Source: Laetmonice hystrix
Lineage: Eukaryota
Direction: 5' to 3'
NCBI GenBank assembly: GCA_965235115.1
Contig: OZ249436.1
Location: 9,550,001-9,610,000, forward strand
Length of the DNA stretch: 60,000 nt
Shown: in pieces, positions 23,301 through 39,300 of the stretch
Position numbering within the stretch: position 1 is the stretch's first letter
Layout of the letters: the number at the start of each line of letters is the position of its first letter
Translations under genes and position numbers: made by a program
The notes under the pieces: model-generated
Databases searched by the model: none
Seen by the model: only the letters and a program-made list of their open reading frames with translations
Told to the model about the DNA's origin: nothing

Positions 23301-26300
23301 GTCAAACAGTACAGTGAAGAGTCCCTACAAGGTACTGCCTTGCCTAATACCCAAGCAAACACTACAGTGAGGCCGAACGAGGCCAAGCACTACGAGAGGC
23401 CAATCAGCACTCTGGGAAGTCTCTACATCTTATCGGCTGGCCTACTACCCATGCAAACAGTTCAGTGAGGTAGTGGAAATGAAAGATATAGGAGAGGGGC
23501 ATCTAAATGTTAAAATTTGGAGAAGATACTCAAATGGCAAGTAGACATATCACAACCGTTTATCTATAGCGAACGTACGAGACCTATAGAGGTGACAGTT
23601 ATACATCTGGCCTAACAATCATAATTTTGGGGGCGTAATTTCAATTTGACGTATCAAAAATGAAGCCATTTTTCGCTTATCATTGTCTCTCCCCTAAGCG
23701 CCATAGGTGCCTGCCAGCCCGGCCAGGTATAAGGTGGTGATTACACGGGTAGCCGGAAGATGGCAGTGCAGTCAGAGGGAGGCCGCTTCAGTACTGCACT
23801 CTGGTGTTTGCTCCCAACCTCTCTGTCATCTGTTTCTACTTGGGGATGGGATATCTGATATAGAAAGGCGAATAACGTCATTTGCCATTGTTAATTAAAC
23901 CTTTACGGCAAACATCCACTGGGTCTACCATACAACGTTGTCGGACGCTTACAGGTGGTGAGTAGGGGACACCGATTACATGGGGGTAAATGATGGACGA
24001 AACGGATGGCCTGCCTCCTGGACAATAAAGGCATGGAAACATGAAACATCAGGCGTCCCTATATTACTGGCCACAGTTGTCTAAAAGCAAACAGGACAGT
24101 GAGCCCCAAGAGTACAGGGAGGCCAAACAGTACAGTGAGGAGTCCCTACAAGGTACTGCTTTGCCTAATACCCAAGCAAACACTACAGTGAGGCCGAACA
24201 GTACAGTGAGGCCAAATAGCATACTGTCAGGCCAAGCACTACGAGAGGCCAATCAGCACTCTGGGAAGTCTCTACATCTTATCGGCTGGCCTACTACCCA
24301 TGCAAACAGTTCATTGAGGTAGTGGTAATGAAAGATATAGGAGAGGGGCATCTAATGTTAAAATTTGGAGAAGATACTCAAATGGCAAGTAGACATATCA
24401 CAACCGTTTATCTATAGCGAACGTACGAGACCTATAGAGGTGACAGTTATACATCTGGCCTAACAATCATAATTTTGGGGGCGTAATTTCAATTTGACGT
24501 ATCAAAAATGAAGCCATTTTTCGCTTATCATTGTCTCTCCCCTAAGCGCCAGAGGTGCCTGCCAGCCCGGCCACGTATAAGGTGGTGATTACATGGGTAG
24601 CCGCAAGATGGCAGTGCAGTCAGAGCGAGGCCGCTTCAGTACTGCACTCTGGTGTTTGCTTCCAACCTCTCTGTCATCTGTTTCTATTTGGGGATGGGAT
24701 ATCTGATATAGAAAGGCGAATAACGTCATTTGCCATTCTTAATTAAACCTTTACGGCAAACATCCACTGGGTCTACCATACAACGTTGTCGGACGCTTAC
24801 AGGTGGTCAGTAGGTGACACAGATTACATGGGGGTAAATGATGGACGAAACGGATGGCCTGCCTCCTGGACCATAAAGGCATGGAAACATGAAACATGAG
24901 GCGGCCCTATATTACTGGCCACAGTTGTATAGAAGCAAACAGGACAGTGAGCCCCAAGAGTACAGGGAGGCCAAACAGTACAGTGAGGAGTCCCTACAAG
25001 GTACTGCTTTGCCTAATACCCAAGCAAACACTACAGTGAGGCCGAACAGTACAGTGAGGCCAAATAGTATACTGTGAGGCCAAGCACTACGAGAGGCCAA
25101 TCAATACTCTGGGAAGTCTCTACATCTTATCGGCTAGCCTACCACCCATGCAAACAGTTCAGTGAGGTAGTGGAAATGAAAGATATAGGAGAGGGGCATC
25201 TAATGTTAAAATTTGGAGAAGATAATCAAATGGCAAGTAGACATATCACAACCGTTTATCTATAGCGAACGTACGAGACCTATAGAGGTGACAGTTATAC
25301 ATCTGGTCTAACAATCATAATTTTGGGGGCGTAATTTCAATTTGACGTATCAAAAATGAAGCCATTTTTCGCTTATCATTGTCTCTCCCCTAAGCGCCAT
25401 AGGTGCCTGCCAGCCCGGCCACGTATAAGGTGGTGATTACATGGGTAGCCGGAAGATGGCAGTGCAGTCAGAGCGAGGCCGCTTCAGTTCTGCACTCTGG
25501 TGTTTGCTTCCAACCTCTCTGTCATCTGTTTCTATTTGGGGATGGGATATCTGATATAGAAAGGCGAATAACGTCATTTGCCAGTGTTAATTAAACCTTT
25601 AGGCAAACATCCACTGAGTCTACCATACAACGTTGTCGGACGCTTACAGGTGGTCAGCAGGGGACACAGATTACATGGGGGTAAATGATGGACGGAACGG
25701 ATGGCCTGCCTCCTGGACAATAAAGGCATGGAAACATGAAACATGAGGCGTCCCTATATTACTGGCTACAGTTGTATAGAAGCAAACAGTACAGTGATGC
25801 CTAAGAGTACAGGGAGGCTAAACAGTACAGTGAAGAATCCCTACAAGGTCCTGCATTGCCTAATACCCAAGCAAACACTACAGTGAGGCCGAACAGTACA
25901 GTGAGGCCAAATAGTATACTGTGAGGCCAAGCACTACGAGAGGCCAATCAGTACTCTGGGAAGTCTCTACATCTTATCGGCTGGCCTACCACCCATGCAA
26001 ACAGTTCAGTGAGGTAGTGGAAATAAAAGATATAGGAGAGGGGCATCTAAATGTTAAAATTTGGAGAAGATACTCAAATGGCAAGTAGACATATCACAAC
26101 CGTTTATCTATAGCGAACGTACGAGACCTATAGAGGTGACAGTTATACATCTGGCCTAACAATCATAATTTTGGGGGCGTAATTTCAATTTGACGTATCA
26201 AAAATGAAGCCATTTTTCGCTTATCATTGTCTCTCCCCTAAGCGCCATAGGTGCCTGCCAGCCCAATCAGGTATAAGGTGCTGATTACATGGGTAGCCGG

Positions 26301-29300
26301 AAGATGGCAGTGCAGTCAGAGGGAGGCCGCTTCAGTACTGCACTCTGGTGTTTGCTTCCAACCTCTCTGTCATCTGTTTCTACTTGGGGATGGGATATCT
26401 GATATAGAAAGGCGAATAACGTCATTTGCCATTGTTAATTAAACCTTTACGGCAAACATCCACTGGGTCTACCATACAACGTTGTCGGACGCTTACAGGT
26501 GGTCAGTAGGGGACACAGATTACATGGGGGTAAATGATGGACGAAACGGATGGCCTGCCTCCTGGACAATAAAGGCATGGAAACATGAAACATGAGGCGT
26601 CCCTATATTACTGTCCACAGTTGTATAGAAGCAAACAGGACAGTGAGCCCCAAGAGTACAGGGAGGTCAAACAGTACAGTGAAGAGTCCCTACAAGGTAC
26701 TGCCTTGCCTAATACCCAAGCAAACACTACAGTGAGGCCGAACGAGGCCAAGCACTACGAGAGGCCAATCAGCACTCTGGGAAGTCTCTACATCTTATCG
26801 GCTGGCCTACTACCCATGCAACCAGTTCAGTGAGGTAGTGGAAATGAAAGATATAGGAGAGGGGCATCTAAATGTTAAAATTTGGAGAAGATACTCAAAT
26901 GGCAAGTAGACATATCACAACCGTTTATCTATAGCGAACGTACGAGACCTATAGAGGTGACAGTTATACATCTGGCCTAACAATCATAATTTTGGGGGCG
27001 TAATTTCAATTTGACGTATCAAAAATGAAGCCATTTTTCGCTTATCATTGTCTCTCCCCTAAGCGCCATAGGTGCCTGCCAGCCCGGCCAGGTATAAGGT
27101 GGTGATTACACGGGTAGCCGGAAGATGGCAGTGCAGTCAGAGGGAGGCCGCTTCAGTACTGCACTCTGGTGTTTGCTTCCAACCTCTCTGTCATCTGTTT
27201 CTACTTGGGGATGGGATATCTGATATAGAAAGGCGAATAACGTCATTTGCCATTCTTAATTAAACCTTTACGGCAAACATCCACTGGGTCTACCATACAA
27301 CGTTGTCGGACGCTTACAGGTGGTGAGTAGGGGACACCGATTACATGGGGGTAAATGATGGACGAAACGGATGGCCTGCCTCCTGGACAATAAAGGCATG
27401 GAAACATGAAACATCAGGCGTCCCTATATTACTGGCCACAGTTGTCTAAAAGCAAACAGGACAGTGAGCCCCAAGAGTACAGGGAGGCCAAACAGTACAG
27501 TGAGGAGTCCCTACAAGGTACTGCTTTGCCTAATACCCAAGCAAACACTACAGTGAGGCCGAACAGTACAGTGAGGCCAAATAGCATACTGTCAGGCCAA
27601 GCACTACGAGAGGCCAATCAGCACTCTGGGAAGTCTCTACATCTTATCGGCTGGCCTACTACCCATGCAAACAGTTCAGTGAGGTAGTGGAAATGAAAGA
27701 TATAGGAGAGGGGCATCTAAATGTTAAAATTTGGAGAAGATACTCAAATGGCAAGTAGACATATCACAACCGTTTATCTATAGCGAACGTACGAGACCTA
27801 TAGAGGTGACAGTTATACATCTGGCCTAACAATCATAATTTTGGGGGCGTAATTTCAATTTGACGTATCAAAAATGAAGCCATTTTTCGCTTATCATTGT
27901 CTCTCCCCTAAGCGCCATAGGTGCCTGCCAGCCCGGCCAGGTATAAGGTGGTGATTACACGGGTAGCCGGAAGATGGCAGTGCAGTCAGAGGGAGGCCGC
28001 TTCAGTACTGCACTCTGGTGTTTGCTTCCAACCTCTCTGTCATCTGTTTCTACTTGGGGATGGGATATCTGATATAGAAAGGCGAATAACGTCATTTGCC
28101 ATTGTTAATTAAACCTTTACGGCAAACATCCACTGGGTCTACCATACAACGTTGTCGGACGCTTACAGGTGGTGAGTAGGGGACACCGATTACATGGGGG
28201 TAAATGATGGACGAAACGGATGGCCTGCCTCCTGGACAATAAAGGCATGGAAACATGAAACATCAGGCGTCCCTATATTACTGGCCACAGTTGTCTAAAA
28301 GCAAACAGGACAGTGAGCCCCAAGAGTACAGGGAGGCCAAACAGTACAGTGAGGAGTCCCTACAAGGTACTGCTTTGCCTAATACCCAAGCAAACACTAC
28401 AGTGAGGCCGAACAGTACAGTGAGGCCAAATAGCATACTGTCAGGCCAAGCACTACGAGAGGCCAATCAGCACTCTGGGAAGTCTCTACATCTTATCGGC
28501 TGGCCTACTACCCATGCAAACAGTTCATTGAGGTAGTGGTAATGAAAGATATAGGAGAGGGGCATCTAATGTTAAAATTTGGAGAAGATACTCAAATGGC
28601 AAGTAGACATATCACAACCGTTTATCTATAGCGAACGTACGAGACCTATAGAGGTGACAGTTATACATCTGGCCTAACAATCATAATTTTGGGGGCGTAA
28701 TTTCAATTTGACGTATCAAAAATGAAGCCATTTTTCGCTTATCATTGTCTCTCCCCTAAGCGCCAGAGGTGCCTGCCAGCCCGGCCACGTATAAGGTGGT
28801 GATTACATGGGTAGCCGCAAGATGGCAGTGCAGTCAGAGCGAGGCCGCTTCAGTACTGCACTCTGGTGTTTGCTTCCAACCTCTCTGTCATCTGTTTCTA
28901 TTTGGGGATGGGATATCTGATATAGAAAGGCGAATAACGTCATTTGCCATTCTTAATTAAACCTTTACGGCAAACATCCACTGGGTCTACCATACAACGT
29001 TGTCGGACGCTTACAGGTGGTCAGTAGGTGACACAGATTACATGGGGGTAAATGATGGACGAAACGGATGGCCTGCCTCCTGGACCATAAAGGCATGGAA
29101 ACATGAAACATGAGGCGGCCCTATATTACTGGCCACAGTTGTATAGAAGCAAACAGGACAGTGAGCCCCAAGAGTACAGGGAGGCCAAACAGTACAGTGA
29201 GGAGTCCCTACAAGGTACTGCTTTGCCTAATACCCAAGCAAACACTACAGTGAGGCCGAACAGTACAGTGAGGCCAAATAGTATACTGTGAGGCCAAGCA

Positions 29301-31286
29301 CTACGAGAGGCCAATCAATACTCTGGGAAGTCTCTACATCTTATCGGCTAGCCTACCACCCATGCAAACAGTTCAGTGAGGTAGTGGAAATGAAAGATAT
29401 AGGCGAGGGGCATCTAATGTTAAAATTTGGAGAAGATAATCAAATGGCAAGTAGACATATCACAACCGTTTATCTATAGCGAACGTACGAGACCTATAGA
29501 GGTGACAGTTATACATCTGGTCTAACAATCATAATTTTGGGGGCGTAATTTCAATTTGACGTATCAAAAATGAAGCCATTTTTCGCTTATCATTGTCTCT
29601 CCCCTAATGCGCCATAGGTGCCTGCCAGCCCGGCCACGTATAAGGTGGTGATTACATGGGTAGCCGGAAGATGGCAGTGCAGTCAGAGCGAGGCCGCTTC
29701 AGTACTGCACTCTGGTGTTTGCTTCCAACCTCTCTGTCATCTGTTTCTATTTGGGGATGGGATATCTGATATAGAAAGGCGAATAACGTCATTTGCCAGT
29801 GTTAATTAAACCTTTAGGCAAACATCCACTGAGTCTACCATACAACGTTGTCGGACGCTTACAGGTGGTCAGCAGGGGACACAGATTACATGGGGGTAAA
29901 TGATGGACGAAACGGATGGCCTGCCTCCTGGACAATAAAGGCATGGAAACATGAAACATGAGGCGTCCCTATATTACTGGCTACAGTTGTATAGAAGCAA
30001 ACAGTACAGTGATGCCTAAGAGTACAGGGAGGCTAAACAGTACAGTGAAGAATCCCTACAAGGTCCTGCATTGCCTAATACCCAAGCAAACACTACAGTG
30101 AGGCCGAACAGTACAGTGAGGCCAAATAGTATACTGTGAGGCCAAGCACTACGAGAGGCCAATCAGTACTCTGGGAAGTCTCTACATCTTATCGGCTGGC
30201 CTACCACCCATGCAAACAGTTCAGTGAGGTAGTGGAAATAAAAGATATAGGAGAGGGGCATCTAAATGTTAAAATTTGGAGAAGATACTCAAATGGCAAG
30301 TAGACATATCACAACCGTTTATCTATAGCGAACGTACGAGACCTATAGAGGTGACAGTTATACATCTGGCCTAACAATCATAATTTTGGGGGCGTAATTT
30401 CAATTTGACGTATCAAAAATGAAGCCATTTTTCGCTTATCATTGTCTCTCCCCTAAGCGCCATAGGTGCCTGCCAGCCCAATCAGGTATAAGGTGCTGAT
30501 TACATGGGTAGCCGGAAGATGGCAGTGCAGTCAGACGGAGGCCGCTTCAGTACTGCACTCTGGTGTTTGCTTCCAACCTCTCTGTCATCTGTTTCTACTT
30601 GGGGATGGGATATCTGATATAGAAAGGCGAATAACGTCATTTGCCATTGTTAATTAAACCTTTACGGCAAACATCCACTGGGTCTACCATACAACGTTGT
30701 CGGACGCTTACAGGTGGTCAGTAGGGGACACAGATTACATGGGGGTAAATGATGGACGAAACGGATGGCCTGCCTCCTGGACAATAAAGGCATGGAAACA
30801 TGAAACATCAGGCGTCCCTATATTACTGGCCACAGTTGTATAGAAGCAAACAGGACAGTGAGCCCCAAGAGTACAGGGAGGTCAAACAGTACAGTGAAGA
30901 GTCCCTACAAGGTACTGCCTTGCCTAATACCCAAGCAAACACTACAGTGAGGCCGAACGAGGCCAAGCACTACGAGAGGCCAATCAGCACTCTGGGAAGT
31001 CTCTACATCTTATCGGCTGGCCTACTACCCATGCAACCAGTTCAGTGAGGTAGTGGAAATGAAAGATATAGGAGAGGGGCATCTAAATGTTAAAATTTGG
31101 AGAAGATACTCAAATGGCAAGTAGGCATATCACAACCGTTTATCTATAGCGAACGTACGAGACCTATAGAGGTGACAGTTATACATCTGGCCTAACAATC
31201 ATAATTTTGGGGGCGTAATTTCAATTTGACGTATCAAAAATGAAGCCATTTTTCGCTTATCATTGTCTCTCCCCTAAGCGCCATAG

Positions 31287-34200
31287 GTGCCTGCCAGCCC
31301 GGCCAGGTATAAGGTGGTGATTACACGGGTAGCCGGAAGATGGCAGTGCAGTCAGAGGGAGGCCGCTTCAGTACTGCACTCTGGTGTTTGCTTCCAACCT
31401 CTCTGTCATCTGTTTCTACTTGGGGATGGGATATCTGATATAGAAAGGCGAATAACGTCATTTGCCATTGTTAATTAAACCTTTACGGCAAACATCCACT
31501 GGGTCTACCATACAACGTTGTCGGACGCTTACAGGTGGTGAGTAGGGGACACCGATTACATGGGGGTAAATGATGGACGAAACGGATGGCCTGCCTCCTG
31601 GACAATAAAGGCATGGAAACATGAAACATCAGGCGTCCCTATATTACTGGCCACAGTTGTCTAAAAGCAAACAGGACAGTGAGCCCCAAGAGTACAGGGA
31701 GGCCAAACAGTACAGTGAGGAGTCCCTACAAGGTACTGCTTTGCCTAATACCCAAGCAAACACTACAGTGAGGCCGAACAGTACAGTGAGGCCAAATAGC
31801 ATACTGTCAGGCCAAGCACTACGAGAGGCCAATCAGCACTCTGGGAAGTCTCTACATCTTATCGGCTGGCCTACTACCCATGCAAACAGTTCATTGAGGT
31901 AGTGGTAATGAAAGATATAGGAGAGGGGCATCTAATGTTAAAATTTGGAGAAGATACTCAAATGGCAAGTAGACATATCACAACCGTTTATCTATAGCGA
32001 ACGTACGAGACCTATAGAGGTGACAGTTATACATCTGGCCTAACAATCATAATTTTGGGGGCGTAATTTCAATTTGACGTATCAAAAATGAAGCCATTTT
32101 TCGCTTATCATTGTCTCTCCCCTAAGCGCCAGAGGTGCCTGCCAGCCCGGCCACGTATAAGGTGGTGATTACATGGGTAGCCGCAAGATGGCAGTGCAGT
32201 CAGAGCGAGGCCGCTTCAGTACTGCACTCTGGTGTTTGCTTCCAACCTCTCTGTCATCTGTTTCTATTTGGGGATGGGATATCTGATATAGAAAGGCGAA
32301 TAACGTCATTTGCCATTCTTAATTAAACCTTTACGGCAAACATCCACTGGGTCTACCATACAACGTTGTCGGACGCTTACAGTTGGTCAGTAGGTGACAC
32401 AGATTACATGGGGGTAAATGATGGACGAAACGGATGGCCTGCCTCCTGGACCATAAAGGCATGGAAACATGAAACATGAGGCGGCCCTATATTACTGGCC
32501 ACAGTTGTATAGAAGCAAACAGGACAGTGAGCCCCAAGAGTACAGGGAGGCCAAACAGTACAGTGAGGAGTCCCTACAAGGTACTGCTTTGCCTAATACC
32601 CAAGCAAACACTACAGTGAGGCCGAACAGTACAGTGAGGCCAAATAGTATACTGTGAGGCCAAGCACTACGAGAGGCCAATCAATACTCTGGGAAGTCTC
32701 TACATCTTATCGGCTAGCCTACTACCCATGCAAACAGTTCAGTGAGGTAGTGGAAATGAAAGATATAGGAGAGGGGCATCTAAATGTTAAAATTTGGAGA
32801 AGATACTCAAATGGCAAGTAGACATATCACAACCGTTTATCTATAGCGAACGTACGAGACCTATAGAGGTGACAGTTATACATCTGGCCTAACAATCATA
32901 ATTTTGGGGGCGTAATTTCAATTTGACGTATCAAAAATGAAGCCATTTTTCGCTTATCATTGTCTCTCCCCTAAGCGCCATAGGTGCCTGCCAGCCCGGC
33001 CAGGTATAAGGTGGTGATTACACGGGTAGCCGGAAGATGGCAGTGCAGTCAGAGGGAGGCCGCTTCAGTACTGCACTCTGGTGTTTGCTTCCAACCTCTC
33101 TGTCATCTGTTTCTACTTGGGGATGGGATATCTGATATAGAAAGGCGAATAACGTCATTTGCCATTGTTAATTAAACCTTTACGGCAAACATCCACTGGG
33201 TCTACCATACAACGTTGTCGGACGCTTACAGGTGGTGAGTAGGGGACACCGATTACATGGGGGTAAATGATGGACGAAACGGATGGCCTGCCTCCTGGAC
33301 AATAAAGGCATGGAAACATGAAACATCAGGCGTCCCTATATTACTGGCCACAGTTGTCTAAAAGCAAACAGGACAGTGAGCCCCAAGAGTACAGGGAGGC
33401 CAAACAGTACAGTGAGGAGTCCCTACAAGGTACTGCTTTGCCTAATACCCAAGCAAACACTACAGTGAGGCCGAACAGTACAGTGAGGCCAAATAGCATA
33501 CTGTCAGGCCAAGCACTACGAGAGGCCAATCAGCACTCTGGGAAGTCTCTACATCTTATCGGCTGGCCTACTACCCATGCAAACAGTTCATTGAGGTAGT
33601 GGTAATGAAAGATATAGGAGAGGGGCATCTAATGTTAAAATTTGGAGAAGATACTCAAATGGCAAGTAGACATATCACAACCGTTTATCTATAGCGAACG
33701 TACGAGACCTATAGAGGTGACAGTTATACATCTGGCCTAACAATCATAATTTTGGGGGCGTAATTTCAATTTGACGTATCAAAAATGAAGCCATTTTTCG
33801 CTTATCATTGTCTCTCCCCTAAGCGCCAGAGGTGCCTGCCAGCCCGGCCACGTATAAGGTGGTGATTACATGGGTAGCCGCAAGATGGCAGTGCAGTCAG
33901 AGCGAGGCCGCTTCAGTACTGCACTCTGGTGTTTGCTTCCAACCTCTCTGTCATCTGTTTCTATTTGGGGATGGGATATCTGATATAGAAAGGCGAATAA
34001 CGTCATTTGCCATTCTTAATTAAACCTTTACGGCAAACATCCACTGGGTCTACCATACAACGTTGTCGGACGCTTACAGGTGGTCAGTAGGTGACACAGA
34101 TTACATGGGGGTAAATGATGGACGAAACGGATGGCCTGCCTCCTGGACCATAAAGGCATGGAAACATGAAACATGAGGCGGCCCTATATTACTGGCCACA

Positions 34201-36349
34201 GTTGTATAGAAGCAAACAGGACAGTGAGCCCCAAGAGTACAGGGAGGCCAAACAGTACAGTGAGGAGTCCCTACAAGGTACTGCTTTGCCTAATACCCAA
34301 GCAAACACTACAGTGAGGCCGAACAGTACAGTGAGGCCAAATAGTATACTGTGAGGCCAAGCACTACGAGAGGCCAATCAATACTCTGGGAAGTCTCTAC
34401 ATCTTATCGGCTAGCCTACCACCCATGCAAACAGTTCAGTGAGGTAGTGGAAATGAAAGATATAGGCGAGGGGCATCTAATGTTAAAATTTGGAGAAGAT
34501 AATCAAATGGCAAGTAGACATATCACAACCGTTTATCTATAGCGAACGTACGAGACCTATAGAGGTGACAGTTATACATCTGGTCTAACAATCATAATTT
34601 TGGGGGCGTAATTTCAATTTGACGTATCAAAAATGAAGCCATTTTTCGCTTATCATTGTCTCTCCCCTAATGCGCCATAGGTGCCTGCCAGCCCGGCCAC
34701 GTATAAGGTGGTGATTACATGGGTAGCCGGAAGATGGCAGTGCAGTCAGAGCGAGGCCGCTTCAGTACTGCACTCTGGTGTTTGCTTCCAACCTCTCTGT
34801 CATCTGTTTCTATTTGGGGATGGGATATCTGATATAGAAAGGCGAATAACGTCATTTGCCAGTGTTAATTAAACCTTTAGGCAAACATCCACTGAGTCTA
34901 CCATACAACGTTGTCGGACGCTTACAGGTGGTCAGCAGGGGACACAGATTACATGGGGGTAAATGATGGACGAAACGGATGGCCTGCCTCCTGGACAATA
35001 AAGGCATGGAAACATGAAACATGAGGCGTCCCTATATTACTGGCTACAGTTGTATAGAAGCAAACAGTACAGTGATGCCTAAGAGTACAGGGAGGCTAAA
35101 CAGTACAGTGAAGAATCCCTACAAGGTCCTGCATTGCCTAATACCCAAGCAAACACTACAGTGAGGCCGAACAGTACAGTGAGGCCAAATAGTATACTGT
35201 GAGGCCAAGCACTACGAGAGGCCAATCAGTACTCTGGGAAGTCTCTACATCTTATCGGCTGGCCTACCACCCATGCAAACAGTTCAGTGAGGTAGTGGAA
35301 ATAAAAGATATAGGAGAGGGGCATCTAAATGTTAAAATTTGGAGAAGATACTCAAATGGCAAGTAGACATATCACAACCGTTTATCTATAGCGAACGTAC
35401 GAGACCTATAGAGGTGACAGTTATACATCTGGCCTAACAATCATAATTTTGGGGGCGTAATTTCAATTTGACGTATCAAAAATGAAGCCATTTTTCGCTT
35501 ATCATTGTCTCTCCCCTAAGCGCCATAGGTGCCTGCCAGCCCAATCAGGTATAAGGTGCTGATTACATGGGTAGCCGGAAGATGGCAGTGCAGTCAGACG
35601 GAGGCCGCTTCAGTACTGCACTCTGGTGTTTGCTTCCAACCTCTCTGTCATCTGTTTCTACTTGGGGATGGGATATCTGATATAGAAAGGCGAATAACGT
35701 CATTTGCCATTGTTAATTAAACCTTTACGGCAAACATCCACTGGGTCTACCATACAACGTTGTCGGACGCTTACAGGTGGTCAGTAGGGGACACAGATTA
35801 CATGGGGGTAAATGATGGACGAAACGGATGGCCTGCCTCCTGGACAATAAAGGCATGGAAACATGAAACATGAGGCGTCCCTATATTACTGTCCACAGTT
35901 GTATAGAAGCAAACAGGACAGTGAGCCCCAAGAGTACAGGGAGGTCAAACAGTACAGTGAAGAGTCCCTACAAGGTACTGCCTTGCCTAATACCCAAGCA
36001 AACACTACAGTGAGGCCGAACGAGGCCAAGCACTACGAGAGGCCAATCAGCACTCTGGGAAGTCTCTACATCTTATCGGCTGGCCTACTACCCATGCAAC
36101 CAGTTCAGTGAGGTAGTGGAAATGAAAGATATAGGAGAGGGGCATCTAAATGTTAAAATTTGGAGAAGATACTCAAATGGCAAGTAGACATATCACAACC
36201 GTTTATCTATAGCGAACGTACGAGACCTATAGAGGTGACAGTTATACATCTGGCCTAACAATCATAATTTTGGGGGCGTAATTTCAATTTGACGTATCAA
36301 AAATGAAGCCATTTTTCGCTTATCATTGTCTCTCCCCTAAGCGCCATAG
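31287..36349. repeat. Derived 6-mer HOR A-(B/D)-A-B-C-D, 5063 bp
   Basis: A period of 5063 bp is seen at 31287-36349, 39716-44778 and 44779-49841, with a partial copy from 55751 to the window end. Confidence 0.88.
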
Positions 36350-39300
36350 GTGCCTGCCAGCCCGGCCAGGTATAAGGTGGTGATTACACGGGTAGCCGGA
36401 AGATGGCAGTGCAGTCAGAGGGAGGCCGCTTCAGTACTGCACTCTGGTGTTTGCTTCCAACCTCTCTGTCATCTGTTTCTACTTGGGGATGGGATATCTG
36501 ATATAGAAAGGCGAATAACGTCATTTGCCATTCTTAATTAAACCTTTACGGCAAACATCCACTGGGTCTACCATACAACGTTGTCGGACGCTTACAGGTG
36601 GTGAGTAGGGGACACCGATTACATGGGGGTAAATGATGGACGAAACGGATGGCCTGCCTCCTGGACAATAAAGGCATGGAAACATGAAACATCAGGCGTC
36701 CCTATATTACTGGCCACAGTTGTCTAAAAGCAAACAGGACAGTGAGCCCCAAGAGTACAGGGAGGCCAAACAGTACAGTGAGGAGTCCCTACAAGGTACT
36801 GCTTTGCCTAATACCCAAGCAAACACTACAGTGAGGCCGAACAGTACAGTGAGGCCAAATAGCATACTGTCAGGCCAAGCACTACGAGAGGCCAATCAGC
36901 ACTCTGGGAAGTCTCTACATCTTATCGGCTGGCCTACTACCCATGCAAACAGTTCATTGAGGTAGTGGTAATGAAAGATATAGGAGAGGGGCATCTAATG
37001 TTAAAATTTGGAGAAGATACTCAAATGGCAAGTAGACATATCACAACCGTTTATCTATAGCGAACGTACGAGACCTATAGAGGTGACAGTTATACATCTG
37101 GCCTAACAATCATAATTTTGGGGGCGTAATTTCAATTTGACGTATCAAAAATGAAGCCATTTTTCGCTTATCATTGTCTCTCCCCTAAGCGCCAGAGGTG
37201 CCTGCCAGCCCGGCCACGTATAAGGTGGTGATTACATGGGTAGCCGCAAGATGGCAGTGCAGTCAGAGCGAGGCCGCTTCAGTACTGCACTCTGGTGTTT
37301 GCTTCCAACCTCTCTGTCATCTGTTTCTATTTGGGGATGGGATATCTGATATAGAAAGGCGAATAACGTCATTTGCCATTCTTAATTAAACCTTTACGGC
37401 AAACATCCACTGGGTCTACCATACAACGTTGTCGGACGCTTACAGGTGGTCAGTAGGTGACACAGATTACATGGGGGTAAATGATGGACGAAACGGATGG
37501 CCTGCCTCCTGGACCATAAAGGCATGGAAACATGAAACATGAGGCGGCCCTATATTACTGGCCACAGTTGTATAGAAGCAAACAGGACAGTGAGCCCCAA
37601 GAGTACAGGGAGGCCAAACAGTACAGTGAGGAGTCCCTACAAGGTACTGCTTTGCCTAATACCCAAGCAAACACTACAGTGAGGCCGAACAGTACAGTGA
37701 GGCCAAATAGTATACTGTGAGGCCAAGCACTACGAGAGGCCAATCAATACTCTGGGAAGTCTCTACATCTTATCGGCTAGCCTACCACCCATGCAAACAG
37801 TTCAGTGAGGTAGTGGAAATGAAAGATATAGGCGAGGGGCATCTAATGTTAAAATTTGGAGAAGATAATCAAATGGCAAGTAGACATATCACAACCGTTT
37901 ATCTATAGCGAACGTACGAGACCTATAGAGGTGACAGTTATACATCTGGTCTAACAATCATAATTTTGGGGGCGTAATTTCAATTTGACGTATCAAAAAT
38001 GAAGCCATTTTTCGCTTATCATTGTCTCTCCCCTAATGCGCCATAGGTGCCTGCCAGCCCGGCCACGTATAAGGTGGTGATTACATGGGTAGCCGGAAGA
38101 TGGCAGTGCAGTCAGAGCGAGGCCGCTTCAGTACTGCACTCTGGTGTTTGCTTCCAACCTCTCTGTCATCTGTTTCTATTTGGGGATGGGATATCTGATA
38201 TAGAAAGGCGAATAACGTCATTTGCCAGTGTTAATTAAACCTTTAGGCAAACATCCACTGAGTCTACCATACAACGTTGTCGGACGCTTACAGGTGGTCA
38301 GCAGGGGACACAGATTACATGGGGGTAAATGATGGACGAAACGGATGGCCTGCCTCCTGGACAATAAAGGCATGGAAACATGAAACATGAGGCGTCCCTA
38401 TATTACTGGCTACAGTTGTATAGAAGCAAACAGTACAGTGATGCCTAAGAGTACAGGGAGGCTAAACAGTACAGTGAAGAATCCCTACAAGGTCCTGCAT
38501 TGCCTAATACCCAAGCAAACACTACAGTGAGGCCGAACAGTACAGTGAGGCCAAATAGTATACTGTGAGGCCAAGCACTACGAGAGGCCAATCAGTACTC
38601 TGGGAAGTCTCTACATCTTATCGGCTGGCCTACCACCCATGCAAACAGTTCAGTGAGGTAGTGGAAATAAAAGATATAGGAGAGGGGCATCTAAATGTTA
38701 AAATTTGGAGAAGATACTCAAATGGCAAGTAGACATATCACAACCGTTTATCTATAGCGAACGTACGAGACCTATAGAGGTGACAGTTATACATCTGGCC
38801 TAACAATCATAATTTTGGGGGCGTAATTTCAATTTGACGTATCAAAAATGAAGCCATTTTTCGCTTATCATTGTCTCTCCCCTAAGCGCCATAGGTGCCT
38901 GCCAGCCCAATCAGGTATAAGGTGCTGATTACATGGGTAGCCGGAAGATGGCAGTGCAGTCAGACGGAGGCCGCTTCAGTACTGCACTCTGGTGTTTGCT
39001 TCCAACCTCTCTGTCATCTGTTTCTACTTGGGGATGGGATATCTGATATAGAAAGGCGAATAACGTCATTTGCCATTGTTAATTAAACCTTTACGGCAAA
39101 CATCCACTGGGTCTACCATACAACGTTGTCGGACGCTTACAGGTGGTCAGTAGGGGACACAGATTACATGGGGGTAAATGATGGACGAAACGGATGGCCT
39201 GCCTCCTGGACAATAAAGGCATGGAAACATGAAACATGAGGCGTCCCTATATTACTGTCCACAGTTGTATAGAAGCAAACAGGACAGTGAGCCCCAAGAG